Below are positions 13,130-24,041 of a stretch of 64,000 bases of DNA, in pieces. This DNA comes from Squalus acanthias (taxonomy: Eukaryota): contig CM059432.1 of assembly GCA_030390025.1 (NCBI GenBank), positions 113,772,001 through 113,836,000 on the forward strand, given 5' to 3'. Position numbers and translations under genes: made by a program. Numbering within the stretch: position 1 is the first letter of the stretch; each line of letters opens with the position of its first letter. Below the pieces are notes generated by a model, which made no database searches, had not been told where the DNA came from, and worked only from the letters and a program-made list of their open reading frames with translations.

Positions 13130-13410
13130 GGACTGATTTCGATTCCCAGTCTGTGCTGAGCCAGCTGGCATCAGTCAGGGCACAATACAGCCACAACCTC
13201 AATCTTTCTGGGCTGGCGGGGGTTGGGGGGGGGGTGGAATAGCAGCCAGTGTTTCCCCTCCTGATTACTGTCCAGCCTTGAATGTCTGGAGATTGATTTG
13301 AGCTCAGCTGTGTTGCTCCCACTCCTCCATCTCCCATCAACGCACAAGTAGCTTTTGACATTCACTGTCTTGCTTAAAGAATGGCCATTTGGGTGAGGGC
13401 TTGTAGAGCT
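13130..13410 (+). mobile_element. LF-SINE-like ancient SINE
   Basis: TTCGATTCCCAGTCTGTGCTGAG..CAGCCAG..CTCCTGAT..GACATTCACTGTCT..AAGAATGGCCATTTGGGTGAGG resembles the recalled LF-SINE consensus; related minus-strand copies elsewhere in the window. Confidence 0.65.
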
Positions 13411-14850
13411 GGGGCATCTGTGGAACCTTTCCCCAGTAAAAGTCATCACCTTCAGGAGATAAAGGGAGCAAAGGAAGACAAGGCAATGGCACAGCATTGA
13501 GGTGGCAACGTGCCATCCTGTGGATTGGTAAGATATTGGTTTGCCGCTCTTAGCTGTGCCTCACTGGGGGAGGTGTGGAATAGGTTCTTCCTCTACAGGG
13601 GACGTGTGTTGCAGATACCATGGAGGAAGGTGTAAAGCAGACACTCAGCATTCCTCCTATGGGGCAGGGGTGATTGTGAAGCAGACATCAGGTCCTCTCT
13701 CCATGGGAAGGGAAGATCTCAGGCATTCACCTGCCAAGGGTACAGACTGGTATTGGCGAAGCACCGGGAATAGGCCACCCGCCGCCTGCCCACCATCTAG
13801 GCTGGGCTGGTCCAGGTGCCAGAAATTACCACAGAAGGAAAAAAGGAGAGAAAATAATGTAAGTACCTTACAACAGTTAAAAATAAAATGACTGGACCAT
13901 TAGTCAAAACTCATTTTTCTCAGATAAACTCTGTCACTGATTGATTTTGTTTAACCTTTCATAGAGTAGGTAAAAGGGTAGAAATTCTGACCAGTGACGT
14001 TCATGTACGAAAGCTTAAACAGCCCGTATTTTACTCCTGTATGCACCATTTCAATATGCAGGCAGTAACCTGTTTTAAACCTGGGAACACTAAATCGTAA
14101 CTTACCCCTGAAGGTCCAGTGTGCACAAACAGCAACTGTGCTCTTAGACTAACTTTCCAGTTTTTGTTGCTTTGGGCCATCCAAAGATTGGCAATAGCTT
14201 CAGTGAAATCTGAAATTCTATTTACACTTCCTTTAATCTGAACAGCAATTCAAGCTACTCGCTGTGGTCAGTCACACAATTCAATTCAGAGAGCCTGCTA
14301 TTTATTGTTTCCCACCACCACACCTGCTGCCACCCAAAGGGGACATCAAGTATACGAGCACAGCTGCTGTGTGTGTGTATATCAAGGCAGTAACAGATCG
14401 TACTGTTGAGATAACGTTTATACACTGCTCAAGCTTTACTGTAGTGGTCTGTGTTATCATCCTTCCACCTTGATGTCTCTGTGCCTCGCGCTCCATCCTA
14501 AATGTTATCCTTTGTACATTAATTAGTGTGATTAGACTCCACTGAGGAAAAGAATATTTGCTTTATCTCCCACTGCTACCATGATGCTGGGTGAGTTTGT
14601 GGGTTCCTCCTTAACATCAGAATGTACTGTTCTGATTATGCTGCCACTTTCCAACAAGATGTGAAAGGCAAGCACTGATTTGATGACTAGACAGCAAACT
14701 TGGGCTGAGAATGACATGTTGCCCTTTCACTTTTGGGATTCCATGGAAGTCACCTCTCCCTGCCAGCTGTAAACATCCTATGTAGCTATGGGGCCACAGC
14801 CCAAAACTGTGCCTAATTTGGCACAAATTGGCACTGAATTGACAATCTTA

Positions 14851-16004
14851 GGCCCTGATTTAAACTCCCCGCCAGTCACTTACCCCCTCTGATCTCGCTG
14901 CCTACCCAGCATGTCCCGATCTTAAACTGCTCCTTTGAGCGGGCGAGCGGGACACCCGCAGGAAGAAAGTGGGGGAGCAGTGATAGATCATGGGCCAGAA
15001 GAGGGCCAGCAGGTAAGTTTAAAAAAAAAGTAAATTTTAGGTTTCCTTGTGGGCCAGGAGGAGCAGGAACAGGGCCTTGGGCCTCCCTTACTTCTACCGC
15101 CGTCCCAACCCCCCCACCAATAATTGCCTTCCAGAACTCTTTCCCCCCACCCCCTCACTCCAGGTTGCCTCCAGAGACCCCCCTCAACTGACGTCCGGAG
15201 TCTGTTCCCACAGGATTGGCTGTGCCCTCCTGCCACCGAACCCCTGCTCCCGCCTGCTGGCCAGGTATTGGATCTGGCCACATTCGGGCGGGACTCTGGG
15301 AACTTTTATTTAAATGAGGCCTGGCTGTTAAGATCGGCCAAGTCTCAGGGCCTTGGTGAGACCACACCTGGAGTACTGTGCACGGTTTTGATCTCCTTAT
15401 CTAAGGAAGGATATACTTGCCTTGGAGGCGGTGCAATGAAGGTTCACTAGATTGATTCCTGGGATGAGAGGGCTGTCCTATGATGAGAGATTGTGTAGAA
15501 TGGGCCGATACTCTCTGGAGTTTAGAAGAAGGAGAGGTGATCTCATTGAAGCATACAAGATTCTGAAGGGGATTGACAGGGTAGATGCTGAGAGGTTGTT
15601 TTCCCCTGGCTGGAGTGTCTAGAACTAGGGGGCATAATCTCTGAATAAGGGGTAGGCCATTTAAGACTGAGATGAGGAGGAATTTCTTCACTCAGAGGGT
15701 TGTGAATCTTTGGAATTCTCTGCCCCAGATGGCTGTGAATGCTGAATCTTTGAGTATATTCAAGGCTGAGATCGATAGATTTTTGGACTCTAGGGGAATC
15801 AAGGGATATGGGGATCGGGCGGGAAAGTGGAGTTGAGGTCAATGATCAGCCATGATCTTATTGAATGGAGGAGCAGGCTCGAGGGGTCGTATGGCCTACT
15901 CCTGCTCTTATTTCTTATGTTCTTTGTCCCCGGGTGCGCTGAGGCTCGCACGCACCATATCCACCTCCCCCCCTCCCACCCCCACGCCCTTTAAAATCGG
16001 GGTC
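14851..16004. mobile_element. Harbinger-type MITE with nested CR1 3' fragment (about 15345-15924, +)
   Basis: TTA|GGCCCTGATTTAAA ... TTAAAATCGGGGTC|TTA; the CR1 part reads ALVRPHLEYC and ends CTTATTTCTTATGTTCTT. Confidence 0.8.
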
Positions 16005-16208
16005 TTAGAGACACTGGACAGATGGCTAATGCTGCTGTGCTACATTTGATTTAGGAGAGCTTGATGCTACAAATCAGTAAAAAATGTTTCCTTCTCTAGC
16101 GCTGACTCCTTCACTTTGGTGAGCATAAGATTCCCCTCTTCGCTAAAATAAACCTTTAAAAATAACAGTAAATGTGCTGCCATGTTAATCGGTATTTTTA
16201 AAATACAG

Positions 16209-16329
16209 GTTTGTCAGCCCACGCCAGTACAGAGAGAGCCATACCAGGGAGAAATAATGCCACAGTGTCCAGCTGACACCCCCCACCACGGTGGAAGGGA
16301 CATGCAGCCGTCAACGTTTACCCTTTCAG
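16209..16329 (+). CDS. DPYS: Dihydropyrimidinase exon (equivalent to human exon 9), 121 bp, ends in phase 1
   Basis: atacag| ... |gtatgt; VCQPTPVQREPYQGEIMPQCPADTPHHGGRDMQPSTFTLS; start resembles human TCTPTPVERAPYKGEV, end resembles CRMP RDLHESSFSLS. Confidence 0.9.
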
Positions 16330-17432
16330 GTATGTATTACCCTAGCAATTCTCCAGAAAGCTCCCACTGCCTGGGTCACAAAGGACTCCTGTCAAAGTAA
16401 TTGTATTGTGAGTTGGCCTTAATCTCATTGGGCCATGTGCCAGGGTAAATCAATAGTTGGGAGGAAACCAAACTGCAAGAAAGTTGTTCAACTGCTTCAT
16501 TCACAATGTACGCTGCTACACAAGCTCTTAATCAGAAACCCCTAGACACCTACAGATGTGGTATGTATTTGTTTGTGAGCATGTGAAACATATTTCCCAT
16601 GTTCCTATTTTTTGTTGGGTAAGGGTATCAAGAGATATGGAGCAAAGGCAGGTAAATGGAAGCGAGGTACAGGCTAGCCATGATCTTATTGAATGGCGGA
16701 GCAGGCTCAAGGCGCTGAATGGCCTACTTCTGCTCCTGCTCCTGTGTTCTTTTCCTCCTTTTTCTCCTGTAAATGTGCTTCACTGCTCCCCTAAAGATGA
16801 TGATTCATGCTTTGGTATGGCTCCACACCACCCTGCATCCTATTTATCATGTGTGAGTCCAAACAATTATGTTGGCAAGGTATGCAAACACAGGGGCATC
16901 ACGGCTAAGCCCATTGATGTCCTTACCCAGCATCTGTACTCATGCCCTTCCACCAGGGGTCACTGGATAGCTACACACTAGTTTCTGTTTCTGTTTCTGT
17001 TCCTAAATGGACACCTGCACACATAAACACTAACAAGTCTGTGAAGTGAATTGGACATTGTGTTAAACGCCTGCATAATCAAATAGAACAGTTTATATCA
17101 CATATGTTGCTACCATATCCATGAAATATTTGCTGTATTTAGTGAGAGCGACATCCCAATGGACAAGAAATGTACCAGAGCTACTCTAGAAACCGTAAAT
17201 TTTATTTTCATTTAATATTAAAATTTATATCTAACTTTGAATTGTATTTACCTGATGTGCGGTATAAACAGAGTGCATCTATGGGCAGTGGGCAAGGCTT
17301 ACAAATCAATGTAGATTTTAAATTGTATTCAAAACTCATCCACGTTTTGAATAACATATCATACATGCTGCACAGAATGCTGGATGTCTCTAAAGGTCAT
17401 CAAAGAGCTTTTCCACTTCCTGTTCTCCCCAG

Positions 17433-17518
17433 GTGAACCTGTTAAAGAGAGTCCTCAGAACTAGCAGAGAAGATGCGTCACTGCACCACCGGGTGGCAAG
17501 TCGAACATCCTTTTCTGA
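17433..17518 (+). CDS. DPYS: Terminal DPYS exon with CRMP-like tail; in-frame TAG at 17462-17464, second stop TGA at 17516-17518
   Basis: Strong acceptor cttcctgttctccccag|; phase-1 reading GEPVKESPQN*QRRCVTAPPGGKSNILF*. Confidence 0.8.
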
Positions 17519-17619
17519 CCAGCCTGCTTAATCTGAAGAGGTCACGCTCAGCGAACAAGATTTTTACTCACGCATTGAATTTTTATTTCCAATTGAATGA
17601 GAAGTACACATATTAGAAA

Positions 17620-18108
17620 CATATACTGACCTTGGAGAGGGTGCAGCACAGATTCACCAGAATGATACCGGGGCTCAAAGGGTTAAATTATGAGGACAGG
17701 TTGCACTTGGCTTCCCTTCCCTTGAATACAGAAGATTAAGTGGTGATGTAATTTGAGGTGTTTAAGATGATTAAAGGAATTAATTGGGTAGATAGAGAGA
17801 AACTATTTCCTCTGGTGGGGGCACAACTTTAAAATTAGAGCTAGGCCGTTCAGGGGTGATGTCAGAAAGCACTTCTTCACACAAAGGGTAGTGGAAATCT
17901 GGAACTCTCTCCCCCAAAAAAACCCGTTGAGGCTGGGTCAATTGGAAATTTCAAACTGAGATTGATAGGTTTTTGTTAGGTAAGGGTATTAAGGGTTACG
18001 GAACCAAGGCGGGTAAATGGAGTAAAGATACAGATCAGCCGTGATCTCATTGAATGGTGGAACAGGCTGGAGGGGCTGAGTGGCCTCCTCCTGTTCCGAT
18101 GTTCCTGA
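17620..18108 (+). mobile_element. CR1 3' fragment
   Basis: LERVQHRFTRMIPGLKGLNYEDRL and CR1 3' UTR. Confidence 0.85.
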
Positions 18109-18421
18109 GCCATTGCAAGGGGTTGAATCTAGAGATGCATCATAGACATAGTTTTGATGGTACTGTATGGATGTTAAAACATTGGCCCAGAATTTGCTGG
18201 AGCGGAGCATCTCGTTCCTGCCCTGTTAGTTAGACTTTTATCCTCGCCCTTCAGCTCGAAGGTTTTTTCTCCTGCCTGTAAGTTGCAGGAAGTGCGAGCT
18301 GATAACGGCGTGACGAGGGTAGCAGGGCATCTGGGACCTTAGTGAATGATAGGATCAACAATGTATCTTAGTCTACCTCCATAACTAATGACATTGAAAG
18401 ATTGAGAAAAGAACAGAATTA

Positions 18422-19093
18422 GCGGGGAATTTTAACCTTTACACTTACCTCCTGGATCCAGGACCCCTGCCTCACCCACTCCGGTGATCGACCCCCCCCC
18501 CCAGGCCTCCGATCACCCTCCACCCCCCCCTCCCCCTGCTCCTCCCCAACCTCCCTGTGCTCCTCAAGGCCCGCAATCTCTGCCTGCCCACCCCCTCCCG
18601 CTCCTCCAGGCCACTGATTTTTTTCGCGATCACCCCCTGCTTCTCCAGGCCGACCGCAGTATTTTCGCAATTCCCCCCCACTCCTCCAGGCCAACCCCAA
18701 TCTTTTCGCAATCCCTCCCTCCACTCCTCCAGGCCGACCCCGATCTTTTCGCAATTCCCCCCCCCCCCACTCCTCCAGGCCGACCCCAATCTTTTCGCAA
18801 TCCCCCACCCCACCCCTCCAGGCCAACCCTGATCTTTTCAGACCCCCCCGCTCCTCCGACCACCCCCCAGCCCCCACGTGATCCCTCCCTCCTGCCTCTC
18901 TGAGGCCGAGTGCCGCAGGCCTACCTGCCTGGAGCCAGCCAGCCTCCTTCTGGCTGGCTGCGGGTGGGAAACAGAGGCTACCCATTCAAATCAGGCCCTG
19001 CCGTTAAATTCGGCAGGGCCTGTGGGAAACCCGTTCGCCCGGGTTTCCCGACCGCCTTGGATCCAACCTGCCTTCCCCATTAAAATTCGCCCC
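18422..19093. mobile_element. Harbinger-type MITE containing a minisatellite, nested in an older element starting near 18184
   Basis: GCGGGGAATTTTAA ... TTAAAATTCGCCCC termini; flanks TTA/ATA. Confidence 0.65.
18590..18860. repeat. Minisatellite, about 6 units of 40-44 bp
   Basis: Unit C(n)-ACTCCTCCAGGCCGACCCCAATCTTTTCGCAAT repeated with variable poly-C length. Confidence 0.9.
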
Positions 19094-19699
19094 ATAGAGT
19101 GGGTGGATGAGAGTCAAATCGGATATAGAAAGAGAAATAAAGAGGGAAAGAAAGATTGGATTAATAGAGAGAGAAAAAAATAGAAAGTAAAAGTGAGTTT
19201 TTAAAATAATTTTAATTGTTAAATTTTAAAAATCTTTAGCAACAATTTACTAGTTGTAGGAATGAGACTCCATAGTTTAAATTGTTCCCTTTCTGGGCTG
19301 AAGAGGTTGAGTGACATTGAACTCCTACCAGAGTTATGGCAGGGGCCCACCCATGAATTATCGGGCTCACTGTCTTCAGAAGAGGGAGTAAACTGGAAGG
19401 GGAAAAACTGGAGTTGATTGTAGGCCCGATCAGGTAGGAGGGCCAGGATCCCTTCCCTGAAGGACATTAGTGAACCAGTTGGATTTTTGTGACAATCCAG
19501 CAGCTTTCATAGTTATATAATCTGGTGGCAGCCACAAATCACCAGATTTAATTAATTCAATTTCCCAACCGGCACCGGCTCGACGGGCCGAATGGCCCCC
19601 TTCTGTGTTGTAACCATTCTGGAATTCTATTATTCTATGATTCTAACTTACTGTGGCAGGATTTCAACTCAGAACCTCTGGATTGCTAATCCAGGGAAT

Positions 19700-20165
19700 A
19701 CTCACCCCTCACCTGCAGCTACAACAACACTCAAGAAGCTTGACATTATCCAGAACAGAGCATTTTGCTTGATCAGTGACCCTGCCACTGGATTCGATAT
19801 CCACCCCCTCCAGCCCTGGTCACAGTGGCTGTAGTATGTACTATCTACAGAATGCGCTGCAGCAACTCACCAAGGTTATTCAACAGCAGCTCCCTCCCCT
19901 GTGATCTCTCTCACCGAGGACGAGAGCAGCAATGTTGTGTGAATGTCGAGTCACACACCACCGTGAAGGAGATATATCTCCATTCCTCATTGTTGCTGGG
20001 TCAACATCCCGAATTCCCTACCTAACACCATTGTGGGGGCACCATCAGCAAAAAGACTGCAACGGTTCAAGGAGAAGGCCCACCACCACCTTCTCTGGGT
20101 AACCAGGGATGGCCAATAAATGTGGTGTTGCCAATATCACACTCATCCTGAGACCAAATAAAAAT
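19700..20165 (+). mobile_element. Old 3' fragment of the LINE family seen at 33550-34425
   Basis: AATTTLKKLDIIQNRAFCLI; 3' end GCCCACCACCACCTTCTC..GGGATGGCCAATAAATG. Confidence 0.75.
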
Positions 20166-20169
20166 TCCC

Positions 20170-21205
20170 CTTGGCATCCCAGAGAGCATGACAGGACCTC
20201 TGGGTACTCCTCTTTATTTGGTAATCCTCAATGAGGAAGAGGAACGATGGGACCAGAAAAAGGTCTGACTGCGTTAGAGGGTAAGGAGTTACCCAGGCAC
20301 CAGACTACAGAATTCTTACTTGCCGTTGTCTGAAAAGCAGTGCCCTAGGAAACTTGAGTCCCCAAAAGTTGTACTCCATAAGCTATGCTGGATGCTGGGA
20401 ACTGACCTGGAGCCATCTTCAAGGAATGCCACTGCTGTGTAGATGGAGATGAAGGTTTCTATCGCTCTGACATTTCATACATCAGAACCCTTCCAGTCTA
20501 GTGAAAGAGATCTGTGTAACGTTTTGCATCACTGGTCCATCATTGCCTCAAATAGGTGACCGATGCACTGTTCACTAGAGCTGGACAGTTAATTTCCTTC
20601 CTCATGGAGGCAGCTTCTCAATGTGAGAGGGCATTGGGATTTTTCAGTGTTGCAAACTTCCCACAGGAGCAAGAGGCTGTGGACTGCACTCGTGGCTATT
20701 AGAGCACAAGTAGAAGATACAGGGGGGACAATTGGGTTGCTTTGCACCTCCCGTTAGCGTTAACAGGGCGCAAAGCCCCTAGCGCCTGGGCGCGGCACCA
20801 CTAACACCTCCTGCGAAATTCAGCGGAGGTTAGCGGCAGCGGTAGCCAGTAGCGCCCTGTGGCGCTGCGCCTCCAGCAATGACATCATCGCCGTGCACAG
20901 CGTCCCGCTCGCACCCCGGCCGCAAACTTCAGTTGTGCCCCCTGACCAACCACCGGACGATTTGTCCGACAGGGTCAGGGTGCCATGTTTGCGGCCACGG
21001 CAGCGCAAATTAAAGGGCGCTAAAAGTAGGGCCCCGGCGAAGTTAGTGCCCCAAAGGGGGCGTGACCGAATTTTTCCCCCACAGTGTCTTACGTCAACAG
21101 AAAGGGATACCGCCCCCTAAATATACAGCTGGCATGTGACCACAGGCATAAGGTCCTGCAGGTCAACGAGAGGTACCCTGGCAGTTGCCATGATGCATTT
21201 ATTAA
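20170..21205 (+). pseudogene. Decayed Harbinger (HARBI1-like) DDE transposase, interrupted by a MITE
   Basis: FFSVANFPQEQEAVDCT near 20640-20690 and VNRKGYRPLNIQLACDHRHKVLQVNERYPGSCHDAFI near 21093-21203 are Harbinger catalytic-core motifs; many stops and frameshifts. Confidence 0.8.
20722..21080. mobile_element. Harbinger-type MITE
   Basis: ACA|GGGGGGACAATTGGGT ... ACCGAATTTTTCCCCC|ACA. Confidence 0.8.
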
Positions 21206-22026
21206 TGAGGCTGACCTCTTTGCTCGTTCTTGTTGCCAAAGTGCACATCCGGAAATCTAGACTATTATCTTTCAGTTAGTCAGGCGGACCTACCCAAAAG
21301 AGGGCTATAACCTTTCCTGCCTCAAGAAAACATACAAAAATGAGATTCCCGATTTGAACATTAGCCATTTCAGTCCATTATAGGTGACTGGATTCTGAAT
21401 AATAGGAATCAATGTGCATTTCATCTCCAAACCGTTACTTTAATTTCATTTAGTTTAATTTAATGTAGTTTGTGTATTCTTGACTTTGATCATAATGAAC
21501 CACGTACAACAGGTCAGTTGCTGAAATGAGCTGGGACTTTCCAATTGTGGTTTCAGAGAAGCTTCTGAAATTTTGCTTAAGGCAATTAGAGGAAAAATGA
21601 ACTGAGTCTGTTGCTATCTGCTGGCCTATGAGGGAGGACCCTGGTATAAAAAGGGACTGTCATGCACATTGTACGTTCTAAATTCATACGCTTCAGACAG
21701 CTAATCAGATTACGTGCATTTGCACCTCTCATCTACTTCAGACTCAACATCTGAAGGAGCTAAGCGGTTTCCTCAGGCATATCTGATAAGTAAAAGGTGT
21801 GAAAATATAAAGTGTTGGCACTCACAGGATTTTTTAGCTTGGAGTCACCCAGCTTGTATCCTTGAAATTCCACACCATTGTCAGCATTATTTCAGAGTTT
21901 AATCGGGGCAAGTAACTTTTTTTGACAGCAAAATTGGGTGGAAGCTGTTTACATTGATGTGGGTGCGGGTGGAGGAAATGGCAATCTACCAGGCATGAGA
22001 CAGAATCCCAGTGGATTCGCCCAAAT

Positions 22027-22791
22027 GGGCCAGAAATTCAGGTTGGAGGCTTCCCGCAGGTGCAAGCATAGCAGGTGCACTTACATAGCGCGCCTGCCGT
22101 TGTGCTGTGGGCCTGCGTGGGATTCCGATCCTGGGCCTCCTCCAGCTGCCGGTGTGCAGTGCTCGCGGATCCCAGTGGCGCAGTTAGTTCGAAGCGTCCC
22201 CATGGATCACGTGGGCCATTGGGAGCCAATCGGAGCAGGGAATCTCCATTCATAGATTTGACAGGAAGACCTGTCAAATCTATGAATAGAGATCGGCCCC
22301 AAAACCTAACTAAAACTTCAAATAAATTTAAAAAAAAACATCACATTTTAAAAATAACTATAAATTACATAAAATAACTATTTTAAACAATAATTTAAAT
22401 TTTTGAAAAAATTAATTACTGTTTTTAACGGGGCTAAAAATAAACTTACCTTTCTTTAAAGTATTTAAAAATAATAAACCTGTGGAAAAAATGTTTGAAT
22501 TTTACTTAATTCACCACTTACCTTGTTAAAAGCAGGCCTTGCGCCTGCTTTTTCCCCACGCAGCTGCTAGGGACTTACCCTCACGGAGAAACCTGTAAAA
22601 AAAGCGGAAGTTCACTGCGTGCACGCTGCCTCTCCCGCGCACGCGGTTGACCCTCGAACCCTTTCCTTCATGAGACTGGAAGTTCCAGTTTCCCATGTAT
22701 GCGCAGTGCATGCGCGAAACTGGCACTTCCGGTGGCCCTACGGGTGAGTACACAGCACATACTCACCCATGGGGACCCGAATTTCTGCCCC
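22027..22791. mobile_element. Harbinger-type MITE (GC-rich arms, AT-rich core)
   Basis: AAT|GGGCCAGAAATTCAGG ... CCCGAATTTCTGCCCC|AAT; related to 34473-35181 and 50114-50846. Confidence 0.85.
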
Positions 22792-23467
22792 AATGATAGT
22801 TAGGAATTGCGTGACCTATACAAAACTGTCCAGTATATTATTGGTCAGGTGAGAACGTTAGCCAGCAATGGGGTAGCACATCATCTCTCTGCTCGTGGTA
22901 CCAGTGCTGCCATGTGCTTCTGATGCATCACAGATGCATCCAAACAAATGGAGTGCTGAACACCTACCTACAGGCTCTGCTAAGAATTGGTGACAAGACA
23001 ATCTCTTTCCAATTTATCTCCTCTCAAACTGAGGGTCATTCTGGAAATAACTCGTTGTACTCCCCTAGTGATCTGGTACCTTGCTCAATTGGCCATTAGT
23101 CAGTTGTAAGCTAGATATTGGTGGGTGGGGGGGGTTACAATTTCATCAGGGGTTCTCCTGATCTCCATAACTTCAGTGGAAGATCAGCAGAACCCCGGAG
23201 AAACTGCATAAACAGTTCACGCTATTTCTCCAGGGTTTCCGCCAATGTTACGACAGGAAATCGGGAGAACCCGTGAGGAATTTCTATCCCAAGTCCCAAT
23301 ATACGTACGTACACTTTCCAGCAGATGTCATGGACAGCGATCAAGAGCAGGAACACCAGCTGATTTCTTGTCCCCTCCTTAGCCCAGGAACACTGACGCC
23401 AATTGTACTGACCTCTACAACCACCCCAGCTCAGATCAGTTACTGCAGCACTGATGTGCTTGATCAC

Positions 23468-23584
23468 TGTGATATCTTGGGACACAGCATATATATACAA
23501 CAGCACAACATGGCTTCCGGTAAGAACTGTACTGCACATGGCTTTATTATATACATCAGTAGTTCACCGGGTGGCTCTATTACA
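23468..23584 (-). repeat. Putative 3' LTR of the Gypsy element (about 117 bp)
   Basis: Polypurine tract AAGGAGGGAGAAG (23585-23597, minus) directly followed by TGTAATAG...GATATCACA; contains AATAAA; distal end inferred from the TGT..ACA inverted end only. Confidence 0.65.
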
Positions 23585-24041
23585 CTTCTCCCTCCTTATT
23601 GAAGAAGTTAATCATAGCAAATAATCATTGTACATGACTTGCATGGTATACACAACTCTTGGTACGCATTTCTCAAATGGAATCCATTTTATGTTTCCAA
23701 ATTCTGCTATCGAATTCTGTAACACAAATAAAAGATATATTTACAGATTAAACTTAACCACTGGTTTTCTGTTTCGAAGAGGATACCTTCTTGAACAGAA
23801 CTTTCAGGAGGGTAGCTAATGTAACCCCACTATTTAAAAAAGGTGGTAGAGAGAAAACGGGGAATTATACCGGTAAGCCTGCCATCGGTAGTGGGGAAAA
23901 TGCTAGAGTCCATTATAAAAGATGTAATAGCAGAGCACTTGGAAAACAGGGACACCAGGGGAGAGCAGCAGCAGCCAACTTCCTGGCACCAGGGTTGCTT
24001 CTGCTGCTCAGAAAGGGAGGAAAAAGAGTGGGAGAGCAATA

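Noticed and set aside
17462..17467. TAGCAG tandem acceptor as a way to bypass the in-frame stop
   Set aside because: With the phase-1 donor at 16329, both acceptors shift out of the APPGG frame.
18419..18985. Overlapping Gly/Pro-rich ORFs up to 188 aa
   Set aside because: Products of a C-rich minisatellite inside a MITE; no recognisable domain.
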